Shown here piece by piece: positions 53,764 to 64,000 of a stretch of 64,000 bases of DNA. Both the position numbers and the translations under genes were made by a program. The DNA lies in the NCBI GenBank assembly GCA_965222275.1, contig OZ244941.1:1079184-1143183 (forward strand), in the 5' to 3' direction. The DNA is from Nitrospirales bacterium (GTDB lineage Bacteria; Nitrospirota; Nitrospiria; Nitrospirales; UBA8639). The notes below the pieces were generated by a model that saw nothing but the letters and a program-made list of their open reading frames with translations, was not told the origin of the DNA and searched no databases. Positions within the stretch are counted from its first letter, which is position 1; each line of letters opens with the position of its first letter.

Positions 53764-53782
53764 GGGGTGGCGACGGGACACC

Positions 53783-54391
53783 ATGCTCCAGGCACTGTAT
53801 CAGTGGATGGTCTCCTGGTCGGAATCGCCGTACGCGGACCCCGCGTTGTTTCTGCTGGCGTTTGCAGAGTCCTCCGTCTTTCCGATTCCCCCTGACGTCT
53901 TACTGATGGTGTTGACCCTGGGGAATCCATCGTGGGGCCTGTATTACGCGGCGATCACCACCGTCGGCTCCGTCTTGGGGGGCATGTTCGGCTATCTCAT
54001 CGGGTGGTGGGGAGGGAAGCCGCTCCTGCTTCGGCTGATGGGGCAAGACCGCGTCTCCAAAGTCCATGACACGTTTCAACGGTATGAGGGCTGGGCGATC
54101 CTGATTGCAGGCCTGACCCCCGTTCCCTATAAAGTGTTTACAATCGGGGCCGGCGCGTTCTATGTTAATTTTCGAGTATTCGTCGTGGCGTCTCTGGTCA
54201 GCCGGGGCGCCCGGTTTTTTCTGGTAGCCGGTACGTTGCAACTGTTGGGTCCATGGGTCAAAGAAGTCCTGGAGCAATACTTCAATCTGTTCACCGTCGT
54301 CTTGGTGACGTGCCTGGTTCTCGGATATTGGATCGTCAAACGGCAAACGAAAAAGGCCCTGAACCCTTCCGCTTCGCCGAACGCTGAATGA
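53783..54391 (+). CDS. DedA/YqaA (SNARE-associated, PF09335-type) membrane protein
   Basis: FLLAFAESSVFPIPPDVLL, GYLIGWWGGKP, LIAGLTPVPYKVFTI. Confidence 0.75.
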   Translation: MLQALYQWMVSWSESPYADPALFLLAFAESSVFPIPPDVLLMVLTLGNPSWGLYYAAITTVGSVLGGMFGYLIGWWGGKPLLLRLMGQDRVSKVHDTFQRYEGWAILIAGLTPVPYKVFTIGAGAFYVNFRVFVVASLVSRGARFFLVAGTLQLLGPWVKEVLEQYFNLFTVVLVTCLVLGYWIVKRQTKKALNPSASPNAE

Positions 54392-54398
54392 ACGCTCC

Positions 54399-55859
54399 GT
54401 GAAGATTTTCAACACCCTGACGAATCAAAAAGAACCGTTCGTTCCCATCACGCCTTCCCGCGTGGGCATCTACGTCTGCGGTGTCACCGTGTACGATGAA
54501 TGTCATGTGGGCCATGCCCGAAGTGCGATCGTCTTTGACGTGCTCCGGCGGTATCTCGTGTATCGAGGGTATGACGTGACCTACGTCAAAAACTTCACCG
54601 ACGTGGATGACAAGATCATCAACCGGGCGGCGGAGGAAGGCATCCCCTGGGACGGAGTCGTCGAGAAATATATGCAGGCGTACGCCCGTGACATGAAAAG
54701 GTTGGGCGTCGGCATTCCGGACGTTGAACCGCGGGCCACGGAACACATGCCGGAGATTCTTCAGATGATCCGCACGATGCTGGAAAAAGGATTCGCCTAC
54801 CGGGTCGACGGCGACGTCTATTATCGGGTGTCGGCTTTTCCGGAATATGGCCGGTTGAGTAAACGTCACCTCGAAGACATGCAAGCCGGGGCGAGAGTCG
54901 AAGTGGATGAACGAAAACAGGACCCCATGGACTTCGCCTTATGGAAAGCGGCCAAACCCGGGGAACCGGCCTGGGAGAGTCCCTGGGGACCGGGCCGGCC
55001 CGGCTGGCACATCGAGTGTTCAGCCATGTCCGTACGCCATTTGGGTGCAACCTTCGACATTCATGGAGGCGGCAAAGATTTGACCTTTCCTCACCATGAA
55101 AATGAAATTGCGCAGTCCCGTGCCGCAACGGAACAGGCGTTCGCCCGATATTGGGTGCATAACGGGTTCGTCACCATTGACGAAGAAAAGATGTCGAAGT
55201 CGTTGGGGAATTTTTTTACCGTACGGGATATTTTCGATCAGTCGAATTGCCCGGAACCCGTGACGGCCGAGGCGATACGCTACTTTTTGCTCTCGACCCA
55301 TTATCGTGGAGACGTAAATTTTTCCAACCTGGCAGTGGCAGAAGCCAAATCCGCATTGGATAACGTCTATGACCTTTTCAGCCGTCTCTCCGAGAAGCCT
55401 GGTCCCGGTCCGGACCCCAAGGCTTCTTTGGGAAATGCCATGACTCGATTTCAGCAGGCTTTTGAAGAAGCCATGGACGATGATCTGAATACACCCAAGG
55501 CGTTGGCGGAATGCCAGCAACTTCGGGCCGTGACCAACCAAGTCCTTCAAGGGGGGCTGTCCGAGAAGGGCCGGCAGGAGATTCGAGAAATTTTTCGGCA
55601 ATGTGGCGCGCCGTTGGGCTTGTTTCAACTCAACGAAAACGAGTGGGTGTTTCGTGAGTTGGATTTTGGCTTGGAGCAATGCCGGATGCGCGCTGAGCAG
55701 GAGTGCACCGATGAGTGGATTCAAGAACAGATTCAACAAAGGGCCGAAGCGCGGGAGCGAAAAGACTTCGCCGCCGCCGACCACATCCGAGAAGCCTTGG
55801 CGGCCAAAGGGATTCTCCTCGAGGACCGGCCGGACGGAGGCACCAGGTGGAAGCGGTGA
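54399..55859 (+). CDS. cysS: Cysteine--tRNA ligase
   Basis: GTG start. YVCGVTVYDECHVGHARS (HIGH region), GWHIECS, KMSKSLGNF (KMSKS). Confidence 0.95.
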   Translation: MKIFNTLTNQKEPFVPITPSRVGIYVCGVTVYDECHVGHARSAIVFDVLRRYLVYRGYDVTYVKNFTDVDDKIINRAAEEGIPWDGVVEKYMQAYARDMKRLGVGIPDVEPRATEHMPEILQMIRTMLEKGFAYRVDGDVYYRVSAFPEYGRLSKRHLEDMQAGARVEVDERKQDPMDFALWKAAKPGEPAWESPWGPGRPGWHIECSAMSVRHLGATFDIHGGGKDLTFPHHENEIAQSRAATEQAFARYWVHNGFVTIDEEKMSKSLGNFFTVRDIFDQSNCPEPVTAEAIRYFLLSTHYRGDVNFSNLAVAEAKSALDNVYDLFSRLSEKPGPGPDPKASLGNAMTRFQQAFEEAMDDDLNTPKALAECQQLRAVTNQVLQGGLSEKGRQEIREIFRQCGAPLGLFQLNENEWVFRELDFGLEQCRMRAEQECTDEWIQEQIQQRAEARERKDFAAADHIREALAAKGILLEDRPDGGTRWKR

Positions 55860-55872
55860 GGCCGGCGACTTC

Positions 55873-56643
55873 CTGTTTGGGATTCGGGCGGTCACGGAGG
55901 CGTTGCGATCCGGGTCGCGAACGTTTATAAAAATCTTCCTGTCGCACCGCCATCGTCAATTTTCCCCGATCATTCGTTTCGCCAAAGTCCAAGGCGTTCC
56001 CTTGCAGGTTCAACCGCGTGAACGACTCGACCGACTGGTCCTCTCCGGAAATCATCAAGGCGTGGTGGCCCTGGTGGCGGCGAAGTCCTATGCCTCGGAG
56101 GATGAGATCCTCGGGCTTGCCGCGCAACAAGGGGAGCCGGGGTTTTTCCTTGCGCTCGACGGGGTGGAGGATCCGCAAAATTTCGGGGCGGTCCTCAGAA
56201 CGGCTGCCACGGCGGGCATTCATGGGGTGTTTATTCCTGACCGTCGAGCCGTAGGCTTGACGGCGAGTGTGGCAAAAGCGTCCGCCGGCGCCGTCGAGCA
56301 CGTTCGGGTGGCCCGGTGCGCCAATATCGGCAAACTGATCGAACGCTTGCAGGATCGTGCCGTGAACGCCGTGGCGTTGGATCCTCGCTCTCCCCGACTC
56401 TATACCGAGCTGGATTTCAAGGGACCGACTTTATTGGTGTTTGGGGGAGAGGGAAAGGGACTCCGATCGAGGATCGTCGAGCATTGTCATGCTCACGCCC
56501 GCATTCCCATGCACGGGCAGGTGAACTCGCTCAATGTCTCGGCCAGCGTTGCCGTGGTCGCGTATGAAGTGGTTCGTCAACGGATGGAGGGAGCGAAGGC
56601 GTTACCGAATTTGGATCAGCCCTTCTTGAATAGCCGCGTTTAA
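55873..56643 (+). CDS. rlmB: 23S rRNA (guanosine-2'-O)-methyltransferase RlmB (SpoU/TrmH family); start uncertain
   Basis: LFGIRAVTEAL, NHQGVVALV, LDGVEDPQNFGAVLRTA and IPMHGQVNSLNVSASVAV. No ATG/GTG/TTG lies between the cysS stop and the conserved LFGIRAV, so the candidates are CTG 55873 or ATG 55711 (149-nt overlap with cysS). Confidence 0.8.
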   Translation: MFGIRAVTEALRSGSRTFIKIFLSHRHRQFSPIIRFAKVQGVPLQVQPRERLDRLVLSGNHQGVVALVAAKSYASEDEILGLAAQQGEPGFFLALDGVEDPQNFGAVLRTAATAGIHGVFIPDRRAVGLTASVAKASAGAVEHVRVARCANIGKLIERLQDRAVNAVALDPRSPRLYTELDFKGPTLLVFGGEGKGLRSRIVEHCHAHARIPMHGQVNSLNVSASVAVVAYEVVRQRMEGAKALPNLDQPFLNSRV

Positions 56644-56865
56644 GAGTTGGGCGGCATTCGATACCCGTACCTTTTTCATCATATTGGCACGATGGGCTTC
56701 TACGGTTTTGACGCTGATCCCGAGACGTTCGGCGATTTCTTTATTTTTGAGGCCGGACCAAATCAGTTGAAGGATTTCCTGTTCCCGTTCGGTGAGCGCT
56801 TCGGGGCGTTTTCGCCGCATCGGAAGCAGGTCTCTCTTTTTGCTCACTTTTGTTTGGACGGCCAT
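56602..56865 (-). CDS. LuxR/FixJ-type HTH transcriptional regulator (stand-alone DNA-binding domain)
   Basis: LTEREQEILQLIWSGLKNKEIAERLGISVKTVEAHRANMMKKV. The 3' end overlaps rlmB convergently by 42 nt. Confidence 0.8.
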   Translation of the reverse strand: MAVQTKVSKKRDLLPMRRKRPEALTEREQEILQLIWSGLKNKEIAERLGISVKTVEAHRANMMKKVRVSNAAQLLNAAIQEGLIQIR

Positions 56866-56995
56866 CGGGCACCGAATTTTTTCTCAAGATGAATTATCTA
56901 GGTAATACTAGCAGGGTGTCCATTGAAAAGTAAAGCACAGAAAAGACGTTCGAGGCGCAATAGACGAGAGTTTTTGTGGAGTCACGACATATAGA

Positions 56996-57772
56996 ATGAT
57001 GGAGGCATCAGGCGTCTATATTTTGTTGTTTGTGGTGGGATTGGTCATGGGGAGTTTCCTGAACGTGTGTATTCTGAGAATCCCCCACGGTCAATCCGTC
57101 ATTCGGCCCGGGTCCCGTTGCCCGCAATGCAAGACGTCCATTCGCTGGTTCGATAACGTTCCGCTCTTGAGTTTTTTCTGGTTGAGAGCACGCTGTCGAT
57201 GGTGTGGGGGAAAGATTTCATGGCGCTATCCCCTGGTGGAATGTCTGAATGGAGCGGGCTATCTCGGGATCGTCTATACGTTCGGCTGGAACCGCAGCGC
57301 CCTCGTGTATGCGCTGTTGTTGTCGTTGCTGTTGGTCGTGACGATGATTGACGTCGATCATCTCGTGATCCCGGACGTCATTTCTCTCCCGGGCATGGGC
57401 ATCGGCTTTTTCGCGGCGGCATTCATTCTTCCTTTGGGTTGGGTCGGTTCGTTGCTGGGCATCGCGTTGGGAGGAGGGATCCTTTGGATGCTCGCGGTCG
57501 CCAGTCCTTATCTGTTTGGAAAGGAGGGGCTGGGCGGTGGAGACATTAAACTCCTGGCGATGATCGGCGCGTTCCTCGGTTGGCAGCACGTGTTCATGAC
57601 CTTGTTTCTCGCATCATGTGCAGGGGCGATGGTCGGCATTGGCCTCATGGCCTTCCGTGGTATGGAGCGCGGTCAGTACATCCCGTTTGGTCCGTTCCTG
57701 GCGTTGGGGGCGGTGGCGTCAATGTTTTTTTATCAGGAGCTGTTTGGCATGTATGAGACCATGTTTTCGTAG
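56996..57772 (+). CDS. pilD: Prepilin peptidase (A24 family)
   Basis: N-terminal Cys pairs CPQC...CRWC, MIDVDHLVIPD and GGGDIKLLAMIGAFLG (the two catalytic Asp motifs). Confidence 0.9.
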   Translation: MMEASGVYILLFVVGLVMGSFLNVCILRIPHGQSVIRPGSRCPQCKTSIRWFDNVPLLSFFWLRARCRWCGGKISWRYPLVECLNGAGYLGIVYTFGWNRSALVYALLLSLLLVVTMIDVDHLVIPDVISLPGMGIGFFAAAFILPLGWVGSLLGIALGGGILWMLAVASPYLFGKEGLGGGDIKLLAMIGAFLGWQHVFMTLFLASCAGAMVGIGLMAFRGMERGQYIPFGPFLALGAVASMFFYQELFGMYETMFS

Positions 57773-57851
57773 CGAAAGCAGGGAAGGATCGTTGAGCAGG
57801 CATTCTTGCAACCCCGGACGTTCCGTCTTGTGGAGACCCTTACACAAACCA

Positions 57852-58325
57852 GTGTGCACTCTTGCGTGTCCGACGGATGAGCCATCAGGGTATACGCTGA
57901 CGGAATTAATGATTGTCCTTGGTATTTTGGCGGTCGTGTTAGGGTTGAGCGGAACCTGGCTTGCCTCGCAACTGCCGCAGTATCGTCTGAATGGGGCGGT
58001 CCGGCAAATACGCGCGGACCTCTTGGCAGCCAGGGCACAAGCCGTCAGACAGGGCAATGAAGTCCGTATCTTTTTTACGGACCCGGAGCAGTATGATATT
58101 TTGGATGACGACAACAATAATGGAAGAGCCGATCCCGGTGAAGCCGTCGAATCCCGCTCGATCCGTGAGGATTTTGCAGGAGTCGAGATTCAGTCCAACA
58201 ATAATCCGATCTTCCATCCGAGGGGCACGGCCTCAAGTCTTGCCACGGTCAGGGTTTCCAATGCCTCGGCAGAAAAAGCGATCACAATCAGCATTACGGG
58301 TCGCGTGAAAGTCAAAACCTCCTAG
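57852..58325 (+). CDS. GspH/FimT-family minor pseudopilin
   Basis: GTG start. Prepilin leader ...DEPSG|YTLTELMIVLGILAVVLGL, then LNGAVRQIRADLLAARAQAV, typical of FimT/GspH. Confidence 0.7.
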   Translation: MCTLACPTDEPSGYTLTELMIVLGILAVVLGLSGTWLASQLPQYRLNGAVRQIRADLLAARAQAVRQGNEVRIFFTDPEQYDILDDDNNNGRADPGEAVESRSIREDFAGVEIQSNNNPIFHPRGTASSLATVRVSNASAEKAITISITGRVKVKTS

Positions 58326-58332
58326 AATCCTC

Positions 58333-58716
58333 GTGTGCCTCGCGACAAACCATAAGGGGTTAACCCTCCTGGAGGCCGTCATTGCCATGGCTCTCTTTCT
58401 TGTCGCCGTCTTGGCCCTTTCAGGGCTGGCGGTCACGGCGAGTAAAGGCGCGGCAGCGAGTAAACATCTGACCATTGCCGCGACCCTGGCCCAGGATACA
58501 CTGGAACAGGTGAGAAGCACCGGCTACGACGCGGGGTTGACGGCTCCCCTTGAAACCACGGAAGCCTATAACGCCATTCCGGACTTTCCCTTGTATCAAC
58601 GCGTCGTCAGGATGCAGCCCAACCAGCCCGTTCCAGGGCTGCAAACGGCGACGGTCACGGTGTGGTGGGCGGACGACCGACACTCCGTGTCCGTATCCAC
58701 GATTCTTGCACCTTAG
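58333..58716 (+). CDS. PilV-like minor pilin
   Basis: GTG start. The leader is ...NHKG|LTLLEAVIAMALFLVAVLAL, and the length is 127 aa. Confidence 0.65.
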   Translation: MCLATNHKGLTLLEAVIAMALFLVAVLALSGLAVTASKGAAASKHLTIAATLAQDTLEQVRSTGYDAGLTAPLETTEAYNAIPDFPLYQRVVRMQPNQPVPGLQTATVTVWWADDRHSVSVSTILAP

Positions 58717-58722
58717 AAAACG

Positions 58723-59331
58723 ATGGGTTCCATGCCCGTGACCAATCAAAGAGGAGTCACCTTAACGGAACTGCTGATAGCCTTGGCACTGGGTCTGTTC
58801 ACCGTTGGTGCGGTCTATGCGGTGCACCTGAATCAGGTGAAGCGCCAGATCGTTCAAGAGGACGTGTTGGCCATGCAACAAACCGCTCGTGCCGCATTGG
58901 ACATGATGGCCAGGGAGATCCGCATGGCAGGCTACGATCCCATGGGGGTGAATCGGGATACCGATCCCTCGAATGATTTTCATGGGCTCAGCTATCATCC
59001 CACGGAGTTGCTTGTTCGAGCTGATTTGAACGGAAACGGCGTGCTCACCGATTCGAAAGAATCCATTGTCTACCTGTATGACGAGTCGACCTCCACGTTG
59101 CGACGCAAAGTGGGAGGTGGGGGGCGACAACCCATGGCGGAGCATATCGAGGCCTTTACCTTTTCGTATCGTGACGCCCTGGGGCGTCCAACGACGCACG
59201 CGCCGAGTATTCGGGCGGTTGACGTGCAGGTGACGGCCCGGTCCGCCCACGCCGACAGCCGCTATCCCGAAAACGGAGGCTATCGGACGTTGACCCTTCG
59301 ATCCCGTATTACCCCGAGAAACCTGCCGTGA
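58723..59331 (+). CDS. PilW-like minor pilin
   Basis: MGSMPVTNQRG|VTLTELLIALALGLFTVGAVY, followed by MAREIRMAGYDP, typical of PilW. Confidence 0.65.
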   Translation: MGSMPVTNQRGVTLTELLIALALGLFTVGAVYAVHLNQVKRQIVQEDVLAMQQTARAALDMMAREIRMAGYDPMGVNRDTDPSNDFHGLSYHPTELLVRADLNGNGVLTDSKESIVYLYDESTSTLRRKVGGGGRQPMAEHIEAFTFSYRDALGRPTTHAPSIRAVDVQVTARSAHADSRYPENGGYRTLTLRSRITPRNLP

Positions 59332-59460
59332 CGGTTCACGCACCGTCTATTTCCTCTTCCTTGACGCCTCGGCAACGCTCCACTAATATCCGCGCCAATG
59401 CGAATCGGTCGATTCTTTCTTTCACATTCACAGTTCGCCGACGGCGGGAGGAGCGCGAAG

Positions 59461-60603
59461 ATGAGAACGATTTTTACCCTGGCTTGCTTCATCCTGAGTC
59501 TTTGCTATTGCGGGATGGCGGTGTCCCAAGACCTGCCCGATGATATTCTGGCGGATCAATACCTGTTGGAAGCGAAAAAGGCCCTTGCAAGCGGCGAGCC
59601 GCAGATCGCGAGACGGGCGTTTGGGAAAATCGAAGCCTTGGATACCGAACCGCCGTTGGAGTTCTTCTTTTTTTACGGCAAACTTCTGGTTGAATACGGG
59701 ACGGCAGAGGATGACGTCCGCCAGGGACAAGCCTTGCTCAAACAATTTGTCGTCAATATTGCAAAAGACTCCGAGCATTATATGCCGACTCTGGAACTGC
59801 TTTCCGTGGCAGGGGGAAAAATTGAAAAAACCGAGCGACAGCGAGCCGAAGAAGCAACACGACAAGCCGCGGCGCAGCAACGAGCCGCCAAGCTCAAGGA
59901 ATTGTTGCCGTCGTTGTTAGCAAGTCTCAAGCAACAGATGGTCACCGTCCCGGGCGGCACGTTCACGATGGGCTGTACGGAGGAGCAGAGCAGTTGTGAT
60001 GATGACGAAAAGCCGGTCCGTCAGGTACAGGTGGGCAGCTTCAGCATTGGCAAGTATGAGGTGACCCAGGATCTGTGGGAAGCGGTGCTGGGCAAGAATC
60101 CGAGCAAGTTCCGGAACTGCCCCCGGTGTCCCGTAGAGCACCTGGGTTGGGATGAAGCCAAAATGTTTCTCAAGGAATTGAACGCGCTGACGGGAGAACG
60201 GTATCGGCTGCCGACCGATGCGGAATGGGAGTATGCCGCCAGGGGCGGGCCAAAGAGTCAAGCGCACCTCTACGTCGGGAGTGATGACCTGGATTCGGTC
60301 GCCTGGTATGACAAGAACAGCGGGAACAAGGTCCATCGGGTCGGGCAAAAGCAACCCAATGGTTTGGGACTGTACGACATGAGCGGGAATGTCTGGGAGT
60401 GGGTGGAGGATTGTTGGAACAAGAAGTATCCGGGCCCCCCGACTAATGGGAGCGCGTGGAAGAGCAGGGATTGTTCACGGCACATGTTGCGTGGCGGTGC
60501 CTGGAGCAGCTACCCGAGGTACCTGCGTGCCTCGAATCGCTACAGGGAATTGTCCTCCTTCCTGCGCTACGACGTCGGGTTTCGATTGGTCGGGACGCCT
60601 TAA
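59461..60603 (+). CDS. Formylglycine-generating-enzyme (SUMF1/FGE-sulfatase) domain protein with N-terminal TPR/coiled-coil region
   Basis: Signal peptide MRTIFTLACFILSLCYCGMAVSQ. The FGE domain shows GGTFTMG, YEVTQDLWEAVLG, YRLPTDAEWEYAARGG, GNVWEWVEDCW, RGGAW. Confidence 0.82.
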   Translation: MRTIFTLACFILSLCYCGMAVSQDLPDDILADQYLLEAKKALASGEPQIARRAFGKIEALDTEPPLEFFFFYGKLLVEYGTAEDDVRQGQALLKQFVVNIAKDSEHYMPTLELLSVAGGKIEKTERQRAEEATRQAAAQQRAAKLKELLPSLLASLKQQMVTVPGGTFTMGCTEEQSSCDDDEKPVRQVQVGSFSIGKYEVTQDLWEAVLGKNPSKFRNCPRCPVEHLGWDEAKMFLKELNALTGERYRLPTDAEWEYAARGGPKSQAHLYVGSDDLDSVAWYDKNSGNKVHRVGQKQPNGLGLYDMSGNVWEWVEDCWNKKYPGPPTNGSAWKSRDCSRHMLRGGAWSSYPRYLRASNRYRELSSFLRYDVGFRLVGTP

Positions 60604-60696
60604 GTCATGAATCAGTGAGACGAAAACACCCAACGACACCCTGAATCCGTCATCCCGCCCCTTCACCTTAAGCAGTTTTAGAAAAGGAGAAACCGT

Positions 60697-61065
60697 ATGA
60701 GTGCACCAGGTCACCCCCATGCGATTACCATCGAGAAAAATCCCAATCGCATAAAGGTCGCGTTTAACGGAACCGTGATTGCCGATACCACCCAGGCCCT
60801 GGTTCTGAAGGAAGGCCCGTTGCCGCCGGCCACGTACATTCCCCGTGAAGACGTGCAGATGTCCTATCTGCAGCGGACGGACCACTCCACCCACTGCCCA
60901 TTCAAAGGCGATGCGTCATATTTCTCCGTCCACGTCGATGACCAAAGAGCCGACAACGCCGTCTGGACCTATGAAACCCCCATCGACGCCGTGCCGCAGA
61001 TTAAAGATTACCTGAGTTTTTACGTGGAAAAGCTGAACGTGATCGAAGAATCGCCGGAGAATTGA
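60697..61065 (+). CDS. DUF427 domain protein
   Basis: RIKVAFNGTVIADTTQALVLKE...YIPREDV...HCPFKGDASYFSV...AVWTYETP. Confidence 0.75.
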   Translation: MSAPGHPHAITIEKNPNRIKVAFNGTVIADTTQALVLKEGPLPPATYIPREDVQMSYLQRTDHSTHCPFKGDASYFSVHVDDQRADNAVWTYETPIDAVPQIKDYLSFYVEKLNVIEESPEN

Positions 61066-61161
61066 TTAACCGCCCGGTAAATCCCATTGCACGCCATAGA
61101 ATTGTCGAATCAAGTCGGCACCGTACGCCAAGGATGGCAACTGCGGTTCGCTAAAAACGCA

Positions 61162-61194
61162 CGAGCCCTGGCAGATGCTCTCTGCCAGGGCTCG
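61162..61194 (-). terminator. Hairpin terminator between convergent DUF427 and icd genes
   Basis: cgagccctggcaga-tgctc-tctgccagggctcg. On the minus strand it is followed by CGTGCGTTTTTAG. Confidence 0.55.
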
Positions 61195-61227
61195 GCATGC
61201 GGTCTGCCTTAATACAGGCTGATTGGG

Positions 61228-63543
<2,316 letters not shown>

Positions 63544-63697
63544 CTAGAGAGAACCGGCATTCGACGCAATCAACCGAAAGCCCCAGTGCCTATCCAACGA
63601 AAGGACCAGAATGGAATGGGTCCGATAGGCAGACAGGACACGCTCCTTCCGTCACCCCCGTTTTTCCCTCTCCTGGCGCTTTTTCCCTTCCCTCTCC

Positions 63698-63793
63698 TCT
63701 GTAGTGGCGCCATCTCCTGGCGCCTTCCTCCGTCCCCCTCCTATGTACCCGCGCCATCTCATGGCGCTTGCCTGCCTCCTCTTCTGTAGGCGC
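63698..63793. repeat. Three TGTAG-hairpin REP elements (ggcgccatctc-atggcgcc subtype)
   Basis: ctgtagtggcgccatctcctggcgcc, tatgtacccgcgccatctcatggcgc, and ctgtaggcgcc (partial). Confidence 0.7.
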
Positions 63794-63895
63794 CTTCCTC
63801 CCTTTCTATCCCTGCGGGTCCCGCTTATTGTAGAACAATCCAGGGTCAGGGGCTGGCGAAGGTGAAAGGCTCCGTAAAGCTGATAGCAAGCCGGG

Positions 63896-64000
63896 TTATC
63901 CGCCGTCGAGAGCCGTCAGCCGCTCGACCGCCTTCCGGTGAATGATCCGATCGTGGGCGTCTTTCGACGGTAGTTTTATCGCGCGCTCGAGCAGGTCGCG
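63896..64000 (-). CDS. 3' end of an unidentified gene continuing beyond the window
   Basis: Hand translation of the minus strand gives ...RDLLERAIKLPSKDAHDRIIHRKAVERLTALDGG-stop. Too little sequence to name. Confidence 0.25.
   Translation of the reverse strand, partial: RDLLERAIKLPSKDAHDRIIHRKAVERLTALDGG

Noticed and set aside
55020-55895. 291-aa minus-strand ORF, and similar long antisense ORFs at 47091-47924, 49444-50262, 62116-62931 and 13963-14748.
   Set aside because: Each is antisense to a confidently identified gene (cysS, the M23 peptidase, the OFOR gamma subunit, icd, trmI).
59328-59543. 71-aa ORF overlapping the pilW-like stop, considered as a possible PilX.
   Set aside because: It has no prepilin leader or hydrophobic N-terminal helix, and its sequence is highly charged and low-complexity. 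It also runs into the signal-peptide region of the FGE gene.

Overview
The window looks like Nitrospirota-type (Nitrospira-like) chromosome. That assignment is an inference from gene content: a five-subunit 2-oxoacid:ferredoxin oxidoreductase operon, a monomeric isocitrate dehydrogenase, and dense families of intergenic REP hairpins. The housekeeping backbone (lpxC, trmI, tadA, cysS, rlmB, surE, cutA, thrH, NfeD/SPFH pair, TonB receptor, POT transporter, pilD plus minor pilins) is interrupted by about 24 kb of accessory DNA. This DNA lies between a small lipoprotein gene (ends 17055) and tRNA-Ser(CGA) (41465-41552). The accessory block contains five things. (i) A single 16.9-kb, visibly far more GC-rich ORF encodes a ~5,625-aa adhesin-like protein: about twenty Calx-beta-type modules, FN3, cadherin-like and unassigned Ig-like modules, then a classical autotransporter beta-domain and, unusually, a C-terminal SPOR domain. 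(ii) An orphan XRE/HigA-like antitoxin gene. (iii) A translationally coupled operon of a 981-aa N6-adenine methyltransferase, a 220-aa PD-(D/E)xK nuclease and a 62-aa micro-ORF; this is my best candidate for an undescribed restriction/defence module. (iv) An Mrr-type nuclease fused to an unknown C-terminal domain, flanked by two decayed C-terminal stubs of type IIG/TaqI_C-like enzymes. (v) A ~175-bp tandem duplication carrying the 3' end of tRNA-Ser (att-like scars), with no integrase in the window. Elsewhere, a REP-insulated TbpB-type surface-lipoprotein gene sits without a Slam or receptor partner. No CRISPR array, rRNA or transposase was seen. All protein calls rest on motif recognition in the supplied translations; no database search was possible.
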